Shown here one piece after another: positions 9,089-19,008 of a stretch of DNA of 64,000 bases. Made by a program: the position numbers and the translations under genes. The stretch covers positions 5,433-69,432 of the forward strand of contig CAJUOR010000001.1 of the NCBI GenBank assembly GCA_910588165.1, given 5' to 3'. The notes beneath the pieces were generated by a model. It was not told the DNA's origin, did not search any database, and was given only the letters and a program-made list of their open reading frames with translations. How positions within the stretch are numbered: position 1 is the first letter of the stretch; every line of letters starts with the position of its first letter. Origin of the DNA: an uncultured Thomasclavelia sp. GTDB taxonomy: Bacteria > Bacillota_I > Bacilli_A > Erysipelotrichales > Coprobacillaceae.

Positions 9089-11070
9089 TATCCCACCCCT
9101 TTTATCTCTTCAAGTGTCACTGTGCCATTCTCTAAATCAACTAAAATACTTGCCGTCATGCTAAATTGCGTATCCTCAAAAAACAACTGATCAAATATTT
9201 CTACATCTTCTGTCGCCCTTACATAGTAAGGTACTTGCATTCGTATTTTCTTACCTTCCACAGAAATAATCGAAATAGCATAGGAATCATAATCTTCAAT
9301 AATCAGTTGATCAAAAGGCACTTCTTTAGTGGTACACTCTATTTGCTTAACTTCCTTTCTATTTGGTTCAACCAAATATCCGACATACTGTACAGCTTGA
9401 TTCCACTCATCTGCTTTTAACACTTTATTTGTATCACTCATAACACTGGCAGACCATTCGTTAAATGACAACGAACTAAATGAATATATATAAGCTGTAC
9501 CCATCAAATAATCACCGATACTCAATGCCTCTGCCACTGATGTCAAGTAATCGTCAGGAGGAGTAGCTTCAAATGAATCACATATCGCTCGAACCATTTC
9601 GCTTGAATGATAGACATTACCCTCGTCATCTAAAGTATAGTATTCCGGCTTAAAATTTGAAACAGCATTTTCTCTTTGTTGCTTAATCAGCTCTATGAAG
9701 TGATCTAATTTAAGAAATGCCTGATTAAAATCTTTGGCATAGAAATAATAGGTGTTACTAACACTGTAATCATCATTACTAATGGTTAAACTTAAACAAG
9801 GCTCCCCATTCCACCTAGGTGTCAATAAACATTTATCTTTGTTTTCCAGCACCATATTCTGCAATTCCTCAAATACTTCTTGGTTTTCATCTACTTTTAA
9901 GCGTTCAAAATAAACAGTAGAATAATAATATTTTGTTTCCAATAAAATGTTTGCATATTCCTGATTGACAATAATATTTCTGTTTTCGTTTAAATACAAA
10001 GGAATTAGAAAAATAGCACAAGCAAGCATGGACATCGCACAAGATTTAGATAGATATTGAATAAAACTTCTGTGATAATGATTTTCAAACCAAATTTGCA
10101 TCAGGATTGAAACAATCAAAGACGTACCTAGCAACAAGGCAAAGACCTTTAAATATAATTCTGTATTAAAATAGCTTCCATCATAAAGCACAAGCGAACA
10201 AATACTAAACAATGTATAAACAATCGTTAAGAAAATAACCGGTTGTAAGAAATATTCGTTTGTTCTTTTAAATACCGAAGCTTGCCCGGATAGCTCTGTC
10301 GCTCTTCTTTTCACTAAATATAAACATAAAACAAATAGTCCAATGACAATTAAAAGATGCACCCACCAATAAGGCCAAGCGTTAAAGAAATTTTCATTGC
10401 CATTATCCAACATATAAGAACCAAGACCGTAGGAATCAGTTCCAAATGCAATAGCTGACATAATCGGCAAAAGCCAAATCAAGATTTTATGATCAGTCGC
10501 TGACCAATTACCCCCACCGAATGCTAACCTTGTCACACCAAACTTGACTAATAAATAAATCAATACAGGGCCAAAAGCAATAGCACCCATCATGGCAAGC
10601 TGTGTTGGCAAATTACCACCGAGGACACACCCCAAACTTGCAATCGTAAAGTAAAAAACAGCTAAAGCAATTGCAGACAAAATGATGCGAAACTCAAACG
10701 TATTATCCATACAAATAGCTAATAACATTAAAATGATAGGTACAAGCAACAAAACTAAGCCTGCGAAATAGCTTGAGATAAAGATAGCAATTCTTGCAAT
10801 CGGCATAGAATGAAGATGACTTGCCTCATTTTTTTGGGCATAACTTCTGAAAATGATAAGAGCCGTTATCGGAACAATACACAAAGCATATGGAACCACT
10901 AACACCATTAAAGCTCCTAAAGGTATATCAAGGGCCAAACACAAAATCGCCAAACCCGTAAATATCCCTAAAGGCACAAACGCCAACCAACGATGACGTT
11001 TTAATTGTAATAAGAAATAGTCTTTATTAAACAACGTCGCCAAAAACTTCTTCGTAGGCACTTCTGTCAC
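9085..11070 (-). CDS. Polytopic membrane protein (putative ABC-2-type permease component) with a C-terminal soluble domain of about 290 aa
   Basis: About 370 aa with 10 or more hydrophobic segments, then a large hydrophilic domain. The start may be GTG 11061, 6 nt after GGAGGTG. Confidence 0.5.
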   Translation of the reverse strand: MTEVPTKKFLATLFNKDYFLLQLKRHRWLAFVPLGIFTGLAILCLALDIPLGALMVLVVPYALCIVPITALIIFRSYAQKNEASHLHSMPIARIAIFISSYFAGLVLLLVPIILMLLAICMDNTFEFRIILSAIALAVFYFTIASLGCVLGGNLPTQLAMMGAIAFGPVLIYLLVKFGVTRLAFGGGNWSATDHKILIWLLPIMSAIAFGTDSYGLGSYMLDNGNENFFNAWPYWWVHLLIVIGLFVLCLYLVKRRATELSGQASVFKRTNEYFLQPVIFLTIVYTLFSICSLVLYDGSYFNTELYLKVFALLLGTSLIVSILMQIWFENHYHRSFIQYLSKSCAMSMLACAIFLIPLYLNENRNIIVNQEYANILLETKYYYSTVYFERLKVDENQEVFEELQNMVLENKDKCLLTPRWNGEPCLSLTISNDDYSVSNTYYFYAKDFNQAFLKLDHFIELIKQQRENAVSNFKPEYYTLDDEGNVYHSSEMVRAICDSFEATPPDDYLTSVAEALSIGDYLMGTAYIYSFSSLSFNEWSASVMSDTNKVLKADEWNQAVQYVGYLVEPNRKEVKQIECTTKEVPFDQLIIEDYDSYAISIISVEGKKIRMQVPYYVRATEDVEIFDQLFFEDTQFSMTASILVDLENGTVTLEEIKGVGY

Positions 11071-11938
11071 CTCCTAAAGAGAATTTAAAGATTTCCTCTA
11101 AATCCAATGGCAATGTTTCTAAAATTAACGGATTATTATTTTCAATAGCTGCCGTAATCTCCTGCAAGTCCCCCTTAACAATCCAAGTATGAATTTTACC
11201 GGTTGTTTTTTCATTTAATAATTGAATATCAGATTTCGCTTTATCCTTCATCATATCCGAATGAAAAGCCACTTGTAATTTATGAATTTGATGTTTTAAT
11301 TCGTCCATTTGATACTCAAAGACAACTTTTCCTTGATGAATTAGACAAACTGTATCACACATCGCATCTAATTCCTTCAAATGATGGCTGGAAATGAGAA
11401 CTGTCATTTTTCTTTCTTCCACATCTTGAATTAAAATATCCCAAATTGTCTGCGAAATGATAGGATCAAGGCCATCAAATGGTTCGTCCATAATCAAATA
11501 ATCAGGTTTAATCGATAGAGCTAAGATAAACAGCACTTGTTTTTTCATTCCTTTGGAGAACTGATTAAAATTAGCTAATTCATCTTGATTGAAAGATGAA
11601 ATCAACTCCTGATATCTTGCCTCAGACCAACTTGGATAAAGTTTACTGTAAAAAGCAGCAATATCCTTAATATTAGAACCGAAGGCTGTCGGAAACTCAT
11701 CGGGGATATAAACAATTTGCGACTTAATGGCATTATTTTCAAAGACCTCTTGTTGATTAAATAAAACTTGGCCATCATCAGCAATATAGGAACCTATCAA
11801 ATGACGAATCAGCGTTGTTTTGCCTGCTCCATTGACACCAATCAAACCATAAATGCTTCCTTTTTTAACATGGATATTCACATTCTCTAAAATCGTTCTT
11901 GAACCGATTTTCTTTGTCAGATTTTTTACTTCAATCAT
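11027..11938 (-). CDS. ABC transporter ATP-binding protein
   Basis: GVNGAGKTT Walker A, FSKGMKKQ signature-like motif, LIMDEPFDGLD Walker B. Start set at MIEVKNL after a GGAGG RBS. Confidence 0.85.
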   Translation of the reverse strand: MIEVKNLTKKIGSRTILENVNIHVKKGSIYGLIGVNGAGKTTLIRHLIGSYIADDGQVLFNQQEVFENNAIKSQIVYIPDEFPTAFGSNIKDIAAFYSKLYPSWSEARYQELISSFNQDELANFNQFSKGMKKQVLFILALSIKPDYLIMDEPFDGLDPIISQTIWDILIQDVEERKMTVLISSHHLKELDAMCDTVCLIHQGKVVFEYQMDELKHQIHKLQVAFHSDMMKDKAKSDIQLLNEKTTGKIHTWIVKGDLQEITAAIENNNPLILETLPLDLEEIFKFSLGGDRSAYEEVFGDVV

Positions 11939-12302
11939 TTGAATTTGCCTCCTTTGTAAATGCCTTATCAATCAACTGTTTAATCTCATTGACTTCTAAA
12001 CCCGCTAACTTGCTTAAAATAAACAGTAGATGCACGACAGCTTCCACTTCTTCTTTTGTTTTATCTTGCTGACGATTTTCCGCCTTAGCCACATAATAGC
12101 CTTTAGCGGGAATTGAATAAACATAGCCATCGGCTTCTAAATTCGCATAAACTTTTGTAATCGTATTAGGATTAACACGATACTGACTTGATAATTCCCT
12201 AACACTAGGTAGACGATCCTCCGGTTGATAGATACCTAACGAAATATGTTCCATCAACTCTAAAGTCAATCTTTCATGAATAGATTTTACACCTGTCAGC
12301 AT
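11931..12302 (-). CDS. GntR family transcriptional regulator, YtrA subfamily (short)
   Basis: LPSVRELSSQYRVNPNTITKVY winged-HTH motif with a short C-terminal region. Start set at MLTG after an AAAGGGGTGGA RBS. Confidence 0.8.
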   Translation of the reverse strand: MLTGVKSIHERLTLELMEHISLGIYQPEDRLPSVRELSSQYRVNPNTITKVYANLEADGYVYSIPAKGYYVAKAENRQQDKTKEEVEAVVHLLFILSKLAGLEVNEIKQLIDKAFTKEANSND

Positions 12303-12340
12303 GGTTTCCACCCCTTTCAATGATAGTATAGCAGAAAGCT

Positions 12341-12367
12341 AACTGTATGGCTATACGTGATACAGTT
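12341..12367. promoter_or_regulatory. Candidate YtrA-type operator (inverted repeat) in the divergent promoter region
   Basis: AACTGTAT-N11-ATACAGTT perfect 8-bp arms, about 40 nt upstream of the GntR start. Also nested GTATAGC/GCTATAC repeat. Confidence 0.4.
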
Positions 12368-12484
12368 GTTTAAGAAAGCTTTAAGAATATGGTCAGATTT
12401 TCAAAAGATTTGTCCAAAAACATTGCATTTCTTTAAAATACTTTTATAATGGAGGTGTATTCTTATAGGAAAAGGGGGAGTTTC

Positions 12485-13804
12485 ATGTTTGAAAAAATGT
12501 TTAAACTGAAAGAAAAGGGTACAAGTGTTAAAACTGAGTTAATCGCCGGATTAACAACATTCTTAGCTATGGCTTATATCTTAGCTGTCAATCCGGGTAT
12601 GCTTGGTATTACCGGCATGAGCGTTCAGTCTGTTTTCTTAGCAACTGCTATTTCAGCCGGAATTTCAAGTATTATTATGGGTGTTTTAGCTAACTATCCG
12701 GTTGCCTTAGCACCTGGTATGGGGGTCAATGCTTTATTTGCGTTTACACTTTGCGGAAGTATGGGATATAGCTGGCAAGCTGCGTTAGCTGCGGTTTTCT
12801 TGTCAGGAATTATCTTCATTTTAATTTCTGTTACAGGTATTCGTAAAATGATCATCAATGCCATTCCTGCTCAACTTAAATTAGCAATCGGGGCAGGGAT
12901 TGGATTCTTTATTGCCTTTATCGGATTAAAAAATGCAGGTATCATTGTTGCCAATGAATCTACTTTCGTTGCCTTAGGTAAATTAAGTGAACCGACTGTC
13001 TTATTAGCTGTTTTCGGTTTAGTTATCACATTATTCTTATTAGCGAAAAAAGTTTCAGCTGCTGTCTTTGTGGGGTTAGTTATTACAGCAGTTGTAGGTG
13101 TTATCTGCGGTTTAATGGGAATTGAAGGAATGCCGATGCTTCCTCAACAAGTTTTCTCATTCGACTTTGAAATGCCTACACTTGGGGCATTTGCTTCCGG
13201 CTTTGGTGAATTATTCTCAAATCCAAATACATTTATCGCTTTATTCTCTTTACTGTTTGTAGACTTCTTCGATACAGCAGGTACATTATTAGGTGTAGCC
13301 AATCGTGCTAATCTAGTTGATGAAAACGGCGAATTAGAACGTATTGAACCGGCTTTATTAAGCGATGCCATCGGTACAACTATCGGTGCCATCTTAGGTA
13401 CATCAACTGTTACTTCATTTGTAGAATCTACTTCAGGTGTAGAATCAGGCGGACGTACCGGCTTAACGGCTTGTACAACAGGGATTTTGTTCTTATTATC
13501 TGTCTTCTTCTATCCATTATTAAGTACCATCACAAATGCGGTTACGGCTCCGGCTTTAATTGTTGTCGGTATCTTAATGGCTCAACAATTAGGCGGTATT
13601 GATTGGAACGATTTCGTTTTTGCAGCTGCCGGCTTTACAACAGTGATTATGATGATTCTATGCTATAGTATTTCTAATGGTATTGCTTTAGGTTTCATTA
13701 CATATGCTGTTGCTATGGTTGGTACAAACCGTACAAAAGAAATTAAACCAATCGTTTGGGTTTTAGTTGCTATCTTTATCGTTTACTTTGCAACTGCCCT
13801 ATAA
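12485..13804 (+). CDS. NCS2 family purine permease (AzgA/PbuG-type adenine/guanine/hypoxanthine)
   Basis: MFEKMFKLKEKGTSVKTELIAGLTTFLAMAYILAVNP N-terminus is typical of the AzgA/PbuG family. About 12 TM segments. RBS AAAGGGGGAG before ATG 12485. Confidence 0.85.
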   Translation: MFEKMFKLKEKGTSVKTELIAGLTTFLAMAYILAVNPGMLGITGMSVQSVFLATAISAGISSIIMGVLANYPVALAPGMGVNALFAFTLCGSMGYSWQAALAAVFLSGIIFILISVTGIRKMIINAIPAQLKLAIGAGIGFFIAFIGLKNAGIIVANESTFVALGKLSEPTVLLAVFGLVITLFLLAKKVSAAVFVGLVITAVVGVICGLMGIEGMPMLPQQVFSFDFEMPTLGAFASGFGELFSNPNTFIALFSLLFVDFFDTAGTLLGVANRANLVDENGELERIEPALLSDAIGTTIGAILGTSTVTSFVESTSGVESGGRTGLTACTTGILFLLSVFFYPLLSTITNAVTAPALIVVGILMAQQLGGIDWNDFVFAAAGFTTVIMMILCYSISNGIALGFITYAVAMVGTNRTKEIKPIVWVLVAIFIVYFATAL

Positions 13805-13824
13805 AAATTCCATATAGCGATAAA

Positions 13825-13857
13825 GATCTTTGAAAGTATATTTTCAAAGGTCTTTTA
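13825..13857 (+). terminator. Terminator of the purine permease gene
   Basis: GATCTTTGAAA-loop-TTTCAAAGGTC followed by TTTTAT. Confidence 0.7.
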
Positions 13858-13902
13858 TAATGTTTAAAAGCAATGAACTAATCACACTACTATAATTTAT
13901 AT

Positions 13903-13934
13903 AAAAGCGGACAAGTAAAGAACACTGTCCGCCT
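13903..13934 (-). terminator. Terminator of the MacB-type efflux operon
   Basis: GCGGACA-loop-TGTCCGC hairpin with a U-tract on the minus strand. Confidence 0.65.
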
Positions 13935-13946
13935 TATATTTAACTT

Positions 13947-15200
13947 CTATTCATGTCTTAAAGCTTCAATCGGATCAAGATTAGCCGCCTTATAAGAAGG
14001 GATAATACCGAAAACAATCCCTATCAGCATGGAAAATGAAACTGATAAAATAGCTGCCGGCACACTGATAGCAATCGGTATAACGTTAATTTTAGAAATC
14101 ACTTGAGCTAAAATAATTCCCACAATAACACCTAAAATACCGCCTAAACTCGTCAATACAACCGACTCGGTCAAGAATTGCATCAAAATCATTTTCTTTC
14201 TGGCACCAATCGCCTTTTTCAAACCAATCTCATTAGTTCTTTCCGTAACTGACACTAACATAATATTCATAACACCTATCCCACCGACTAACAGTGAAAT
14301 ACCCGCAATCCATATCAACATCATATTTGTCGACTGACTTAACTGTTGAATCTGTTTAGCTTGTTCCAATAAGTTTTCTGATTTATACTTGATATTTTCA
14401 TCGGCAACACTTAATCGCCCATTTAGAAGATCTGCTGTCTTTTGTCCGGCACTTGTCATAGCCTTTGTATCTTTTCCTTTAATCGCAATACTTTGCGGTT
14501 CATCATAGCGGTAAATCGCAGGCCATGTGGCATCGGGTACATAGACAATACCACTGGATCTTTGTTGATACATATAGTAATCCTCAATTGAGTTAATGAC
14601 AGGCTCAAATGTTTCCAATTTTGTCACAACCCCCACAACCACATAAGGTCTACCTTTAACTTCGATGGTCTTGCCGACAGCTTCTTCGCCCTGAAACAAT
14701 GACTTTGCCGAATTTTCATCTAAAATAGCTACCTTTTTAAATTGCTCATAGTCCTTTGACGTAAAGCCTCGACCCTTTCTCAAGACATAATCACAAGTTT
14801 CAAAATACTGTGGATCAACCCCATATATATACCCGCCGGAAATGGATTGGTTCAAATAATATACACCGTCATAATCTTGTCTAGACATAAATAATGAAAC
14901 ATTTTCCACTTCATCTAAAGCTTTAATCTTCTCCACCGTTTCCTTGTCAATCAGCGGAATACCTGAAGGAATCTGTTCATACGTAAAATCTAATGGATAA
15001 TCCCCTTGATATATTTGTACATTGACTGTACTGCCCCCCGAACCGATTAAGTTCTGCTCAATCTGTTGATTGGTTCCCTGAATAATCGAAACGATGGCGA
15101 TAATTGCCGCAATTCCGATAATAATCCCTAACATAGTTAAGAATGAACGCATTTTATGTGACCAAATGCCTTGAAACGATAATCTAATATTTTCAATCAT
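13947..15200 (-). CDS. ABC transporter permease, MacB/FtsX family
   Basis: N-terminal TM, large extracytoplasmic domain, C-terminal FtsX-type 3-TM bundle, ending DPIEALRHE. Confidence 0.85.
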   Translation of the reverse strand: MIENIRLSFQGIWSHKMRSFLTMLGIIIGIAAIIAIVSIIQGTNQQIEQNLIGSGGSTVNVQIYQGDYPLDFTYEQIPSGIPLIDKETVEKIKALDEVENVSLFMSRQDYDGVYYLNQSISGGYIYGVDPQYFETCDYVLRKGRGFTSKDYEQFKKVAILDENSAKSLFQGEEAVGKTIEVKGRPYVVVGVVTKLETFEPVINSIEDYYMYQQRSSGIVYVPDATWPAIYRYDEPQSIAIKGKDTKAMTSAGQKTADLLNGRLSVADENIKYKSENLLEQAKQIQQLSQSTNMMLIWIAGISLLVGGIGVMNIMLVSVTERTNEIGLKKAIGARKKMILMQFLTESVVLTSLGGILGVIVGIILAQVISKINVIPIAISVPAAILSVSFSMLIGIVFGIIPSYKAANLDPIEALRHE

Positions 15201-15214
15201 TGTTCAATCCCTCC

Positions 15215-16684
15215 CTATGCCCTTTTATTTGTTTTTACGCCTTCTTGGGCGGTCTTGCCATAAGGGAAAGCAATGTAATCTTCTTCTGTCAATCCCGCTT
15301 TAATTTCAATCGCATAACCACCTGAAACAATCTGACCGGTCGTTACATATTGCTTCACTAGTTTGCCGTTACTATCCTTCATCACATAGCTCTTGCCGTT
15401 TTCTTCACGAATATAAGAAGACTCTAAGTAAATGCGATTTGTTGTTGCCACATCTTGCGAAGCAAATGATAAAGACAAATATTGCCCATTTTTCAAATCA
15501 TCGGCATTCTCAATATAAGCTGTAAATGAATAATAAGAACAGTTAGGATTGCCCATGCCCCAATACATCGGCGATTCATTTGGATAGGTATCAATACTTT
15601 GAATTTTAGCTTGATAAGTTAAGCCTGTTTCCCATGAAGAAGCAGTAATTTCCTGACCAACCTTAATCTTGTCTAGCCACAACTCACTAATATCGGCTTT
15701 AACGTATAGTCCATCACTTCCCACAATACTTATGAAAGCTGAACCATCGTTAGGTAAGGCATTCACATCGCCGATCGTTTTAACCGTACCGCTGATTTCA
15801 GCGTAAATTGTACCGTCTTTAACCTGCTTTTCAGTACTCGACAAGACTAGATTGCTTTGTCTGATATTTAGGTCAATCTCTTTTAATTCGCTCTCTTTTT
15901 TACTAATCAACGCTTTTAATTCTTCTTGTGTATAAGTTTCCTCAACAGGTTCGCTAGGTTCTTCAATTTTAGGATTTCCGTTCAATTCCCACTTAGAATC
16001 ATCTTCACAATCGTGGAAGAATGATTTTTCGGTAATGATTTTTGCCGGTGTCCCCTCTATTCTGATTAACACCTTAAAATCTTTCATATCTCTGACCTTA
16101 TTGATAAAACTGCCTAAAAGAAATGCATCTTGACTGCAATTAAATTGATATTCTTTGACAATCTTGCCTTGCCACTCTATTTCATTGGGCTTAGCCTTGT
16201 CAATATCGTCAGCATCTAAATAATTCAATAACATTCCGTCAACCGTCGTTTTAGGTGGAAGTGAATCCTCCGGTTCTACCGGTTTGACAGGTTGAACACT
16301 TCTTAATCTATCTAACTCTTTTTTAGTTGCTTCATAAGTCTGTTTAAGTCTTTGCACTTCCAAACGCTGTCTATCCAAAGTCATATTTAAACTTTCCATA
16401 TCAAAAGAAATAATCGCATCACCGACATTTACTTGCTGACCTTGGGTAACATGGACCTCTTTGATTACTTGTGTAGCATCTACATAAACTGATTGAGCTT
16501 TATCGTTTGTAACCATGCCGTCAGTTTGCATCGTGTCCTGATAATAACCCATATTGATTAAAGCGACATTTTGAACTTCCGCAACTAATTGACTTTTATT
16601 ATATGCTCGCACGCCGAAAATAATACCGATAATCGCAACCACACTGATACTGACTAAAAGAATAATTTTCTTATATTTCATCAT
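15215..16684 (-). CDS. Efflux membrane-fusion (HlyD/periplasmic adaptor) protein with a large central insertion
   Basis: N-terminal TM anchor, lipoyl-like VNVGDAIISFD motif, coiled-coil segments, beta-barrel C-terminus. Confidence 0.7.
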   Translation of the reverse strand: MMKYKKIILLVSISVVAIIGIIFGVRAYNKSQLVAEVQNVALINMGYYQDTMQTDGMVTNDKAQSVYVDATQVIKEVHVTQGQQVNVGDAIISFDMESLNMTLDRQRLEVQRLKQTYEATKKELDRLRSVQPVKPVEPEDSLPPKTTVDGMLLNYLDADDIDKAKPNEIEWQGKIVKEYQFNCSQDAFLLGSFINKVRDMKDFKVLIRIEGTPAKIITEKSFFHDCEDDSKWELNGNPKIEEPSEPVEETYTQEELKALISKKESELKEIDLNIRQSNLVLSSTEKQVKDGTIYAEISGTVKTIGDVNALPNDGSAFISIVGSDGLYVKADISELWLDKIKVGQEITASSWETGLTYQAKIQSIDTYPNESPMYWGMGNPNCSYYSFTAYIENADDLKNGQYLSLSFASQDVATTNRIYLESSYIREENGKSYVMKDSNGKLVKQYVTTGQIVSGGYAIEIKAGLTEEDYIAFPYGKTAQEGVKTNKRA

Positions 16685-17360
16685 GACCGGTTACCTCCAT
16701 ACTTGAAATTTCACCATCTATAATATGGAAGCCACGTTTGGCATGATTGGCAACATTTTGATCATGTGTAATCATGACAACCGTCACACCTTCGTCGTTG
16801 AGTGTTTTAAAAAGCTCCATAATAGACTTGCCCGACTTAGAATCTAACGCCCCTGTCGGTTCATCGGCTAAAAGAATTTTGGGGTGATTGACAATTGCCC
16901 GTGCAATCGCAACACGTTGTTTTTGCCCACCTGAAAGCTGATTTGGCTTAAAGTCAGCCCGATCTTCCAACCCTACTTTCTTTAAGGCTTCTAAGGCTCT
17001 TTTTTTCCGTTCCTCTTTTTTCACTCCGGCATAGATTAAAGGTAATGCAACATTATCTAAAGCACTTTGACGTGGCAAAAGCTGAAAGTTTTGAAAAACA
17101 AAACCTATACTGTTTAAACGAATCTCAGATAAATGTTCATCATCTAATTTTGAAATATCAACACCATCTAACTCATAAACACCTGAAGTAGCTTTGTCAA
17201 GGCAACCGATAATATTCATCAAAGTCGACTTACCCGATCCGGAAGGTCCCATAATCGCCACATATTCGCCTTCACTAATCGTTAAAGAAATATCTTTAAG
17301 AACCGAAACGACTAAATTCTCTTGCGAATAGTCTTTAAATATATTCTTTAATTCAATCAT
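16671..17360 (-). CDS. ABC transporter ATP-binding protein, MacB/LolD type
   Basis: GPSGSGKST Walker A, LSGGQKQRVAIARA signature, LLADEPTGALD Walker B. Confidence 0.92.
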   Translation of the reverse strand: MIELKNIFKDYSQENLVVSVLKDISLTISEGEYVAIMGPSGSGKSTLMNIIGCLDKATSGVYELDGVDISKLDDEHLSEIRLNSIGFVFQNFQLLPRQSALDNVALPLIYAGVKKEERKKRALEALKKVGLEDRADFKPNQLSGGQKQRVAIARAIVNHPKILLADEPTGALDSKSGKSIMELFKTLNDEGVTVVMITHDQNVANHAKRGFHIIDGEISSMEVTGHDEI

Positions 17361-17372
17361 TTCTAATTCCTC

Positions 17373-18692
17373 CTATTCCGCAATCGGCTCCTTTGTGTCA
17401 TTTGGTGTAGCCCCTTCATCAACTGCTCCATCATCAATCATACCATCATCACTAGGCACCTCTTCACCATTAGAATCCGGATTATATAATGGTGAGTTAT
17501 AATCAACTTCCGATTCATCTCTAACGGTTGTGATACCTTTATAAAGACCCGGCATTGGCCATGTAATCGCATCTTCCATTGTTAAGCCTTCGGTAATTTC
17601 GTAACGCATCAATTCCTCATTGTACTCACCTAAAGTAACACTGCGTTTTTCTAATTTATGACTGTTAGTTGACGCCCAAACATAAGCTTTATTATCTTCA
17701 AAAACAATGTAGGATTCATCTAACCAGATACCTTCTAATTTTGTCGTTTGACCGTAGTCTAACTCAATTAAAACGTGTTGTCCAAGTAATAAACCATCAG
17801 TCTTTTCTAATTTAATATAAAATGGATATTGGCTTGTGCTTTCACCGCTACCGCCACCCATCATATAGTCATTAGAATTACCATCTTCAACTGTTTCGGT
17901 ATCTATTAAAGTAATGACGCCTTTCCAAACTTTCGTTTCATCAACTCTAGAACGCACTAAAACCGGCTGATCGGCCGTTAAACTAAAAACATTTTGTTCA
18001 TCTACTTTACCTTTGATTAAATAATCTCCGGTTGCCATAATCGACATAAAGGCTTGCGTATTGCCAAATTGGTCGTATCCTTCGTTGTTAATACTTTTCA
18101 CAACACCGGCGATTTTACTTGTCACAACAGAATTATCAATAGCTTGTTGGTAACGATTCATATCAGCATATTTGCTTTTCTTCGTGTATTCTTGTTCTTT
18201 GATTGCCATCTCATTATCTTGAATTTGAATTGTATACTCAAGTTGTTTATCGTCAGGCGCTTCGGCTTTTTCTTTTTTCAATTCTTCATTTTGAGCCTTG
18301 AGGCTTGCAATCTGATTGTCAATGCCTTCAATTTCTAAAGTTAAACTTGAAATTTGATAGTAAGCATCTTCTGTATCATAAGAAAATAATGGTGTTCCTT
18401 CTTCAACCGAATCACCTACCTTCACAAAAATCTCATTGACTTTCTGACTGTCATCTTTATTGATATTTTGCGTTTGAGTCGCCTCTACAATGCCTGAGTA
18501 ACTGTTGCTTGCTCCATTGTTTAATCCCATAATCTCTTCGATGGTTTGAACATAAACCTTGTCGTTATTCCCACCTGCACTTTTAAAGACAACTTGGTAA
18601 ATGATTATACTCACGACTATGACTCCCAAACCACCAAGTAGTAACCAGCGATTTTTATTTTTCGATAAATCGAGCTTCTTTAAATTTTCCAT
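17373..18692 (-). CDS. Efflux membrane-fusion (HlyD/periplasmic adaptor) protein with an acidic C-terminal tail
   Basis: TM anchor, VKVGDSVEEGTPLFSYD lipoyl-like motif, coiled coil. Start set at MENLKK after a GGGGAGG RBS. Confidence 0.7.
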   Translation of the reverse strand: MENLKKLDLSKNKNRWLLLGGLGVIVVSIIIYQVVFKSAGGNNDKVYVQTIEEIMGLNNGASNSYSGIVEATQTQNINKDDSQKVNEIFVKVGDSVEEGTPLFSYDTEDAYYQISSLTLEIEGIDNQIASLKAQNEELKKEKAEAPDDKQLEYTIQIQDNEMAIKEQEYTKKSKYADMNRYQQAIDNSVVTSKIAGVVKSINNEGYDQFGNTQAFMSIMATGDYLIKGKVDEQNVFSLTADQPVLVRSRVDETKVWKGVITLIDTETVEDGNSNDYMMGGGSGESTSQYPFYIKLEKTDGLLLGQHVLIELDYGQTTKLEGIWLDESYIVFEDNKAYVWASTNSHKLEKRSVTLGEYNEELMRYEITEGLTMEDAITWPMPGLYKGITTVRDESEVDYNSPLYNPDSNGEEVPSDDGMIDDGAVDEGATPNDTKEPIAE

Positions 18693-19008
18693 ACATTTCC
18701 TCCCCAATTTTTGCAATTATATTTTACACTATATGCCCTTGCTAAAGAATAGATAAGTTCTTAATATTTTCTTATTTCACATAATAGTCGACATTTACCT
18801 GAACACTTCTTCAAATTAAACATATTTGTTATGAATTTAATCATACCATCTTTGATGTTGTGCCTAATATTTGAAAAAGCCTATAATAGAACTTACCTTT
18901 TTCTTCTTTCTACTCCATTTTACAATACTCCCTCTTTTTTTACAAAACATATTGAAATGAAATGACAAATCCTAAAAAAATAGGTAGAATAAAGATGAGG
19001 TGAATACA

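Noticed and set aside
12303-12484. Possible purine riboswitch upstream of the NCS2 purine permease
   Set aside because: A TTGCAT-16-TATAAT promoter leaves a 5' UTR of only about 30 nt. The conserved three-way-junction core of guanine/adenine riboswitches is absent.
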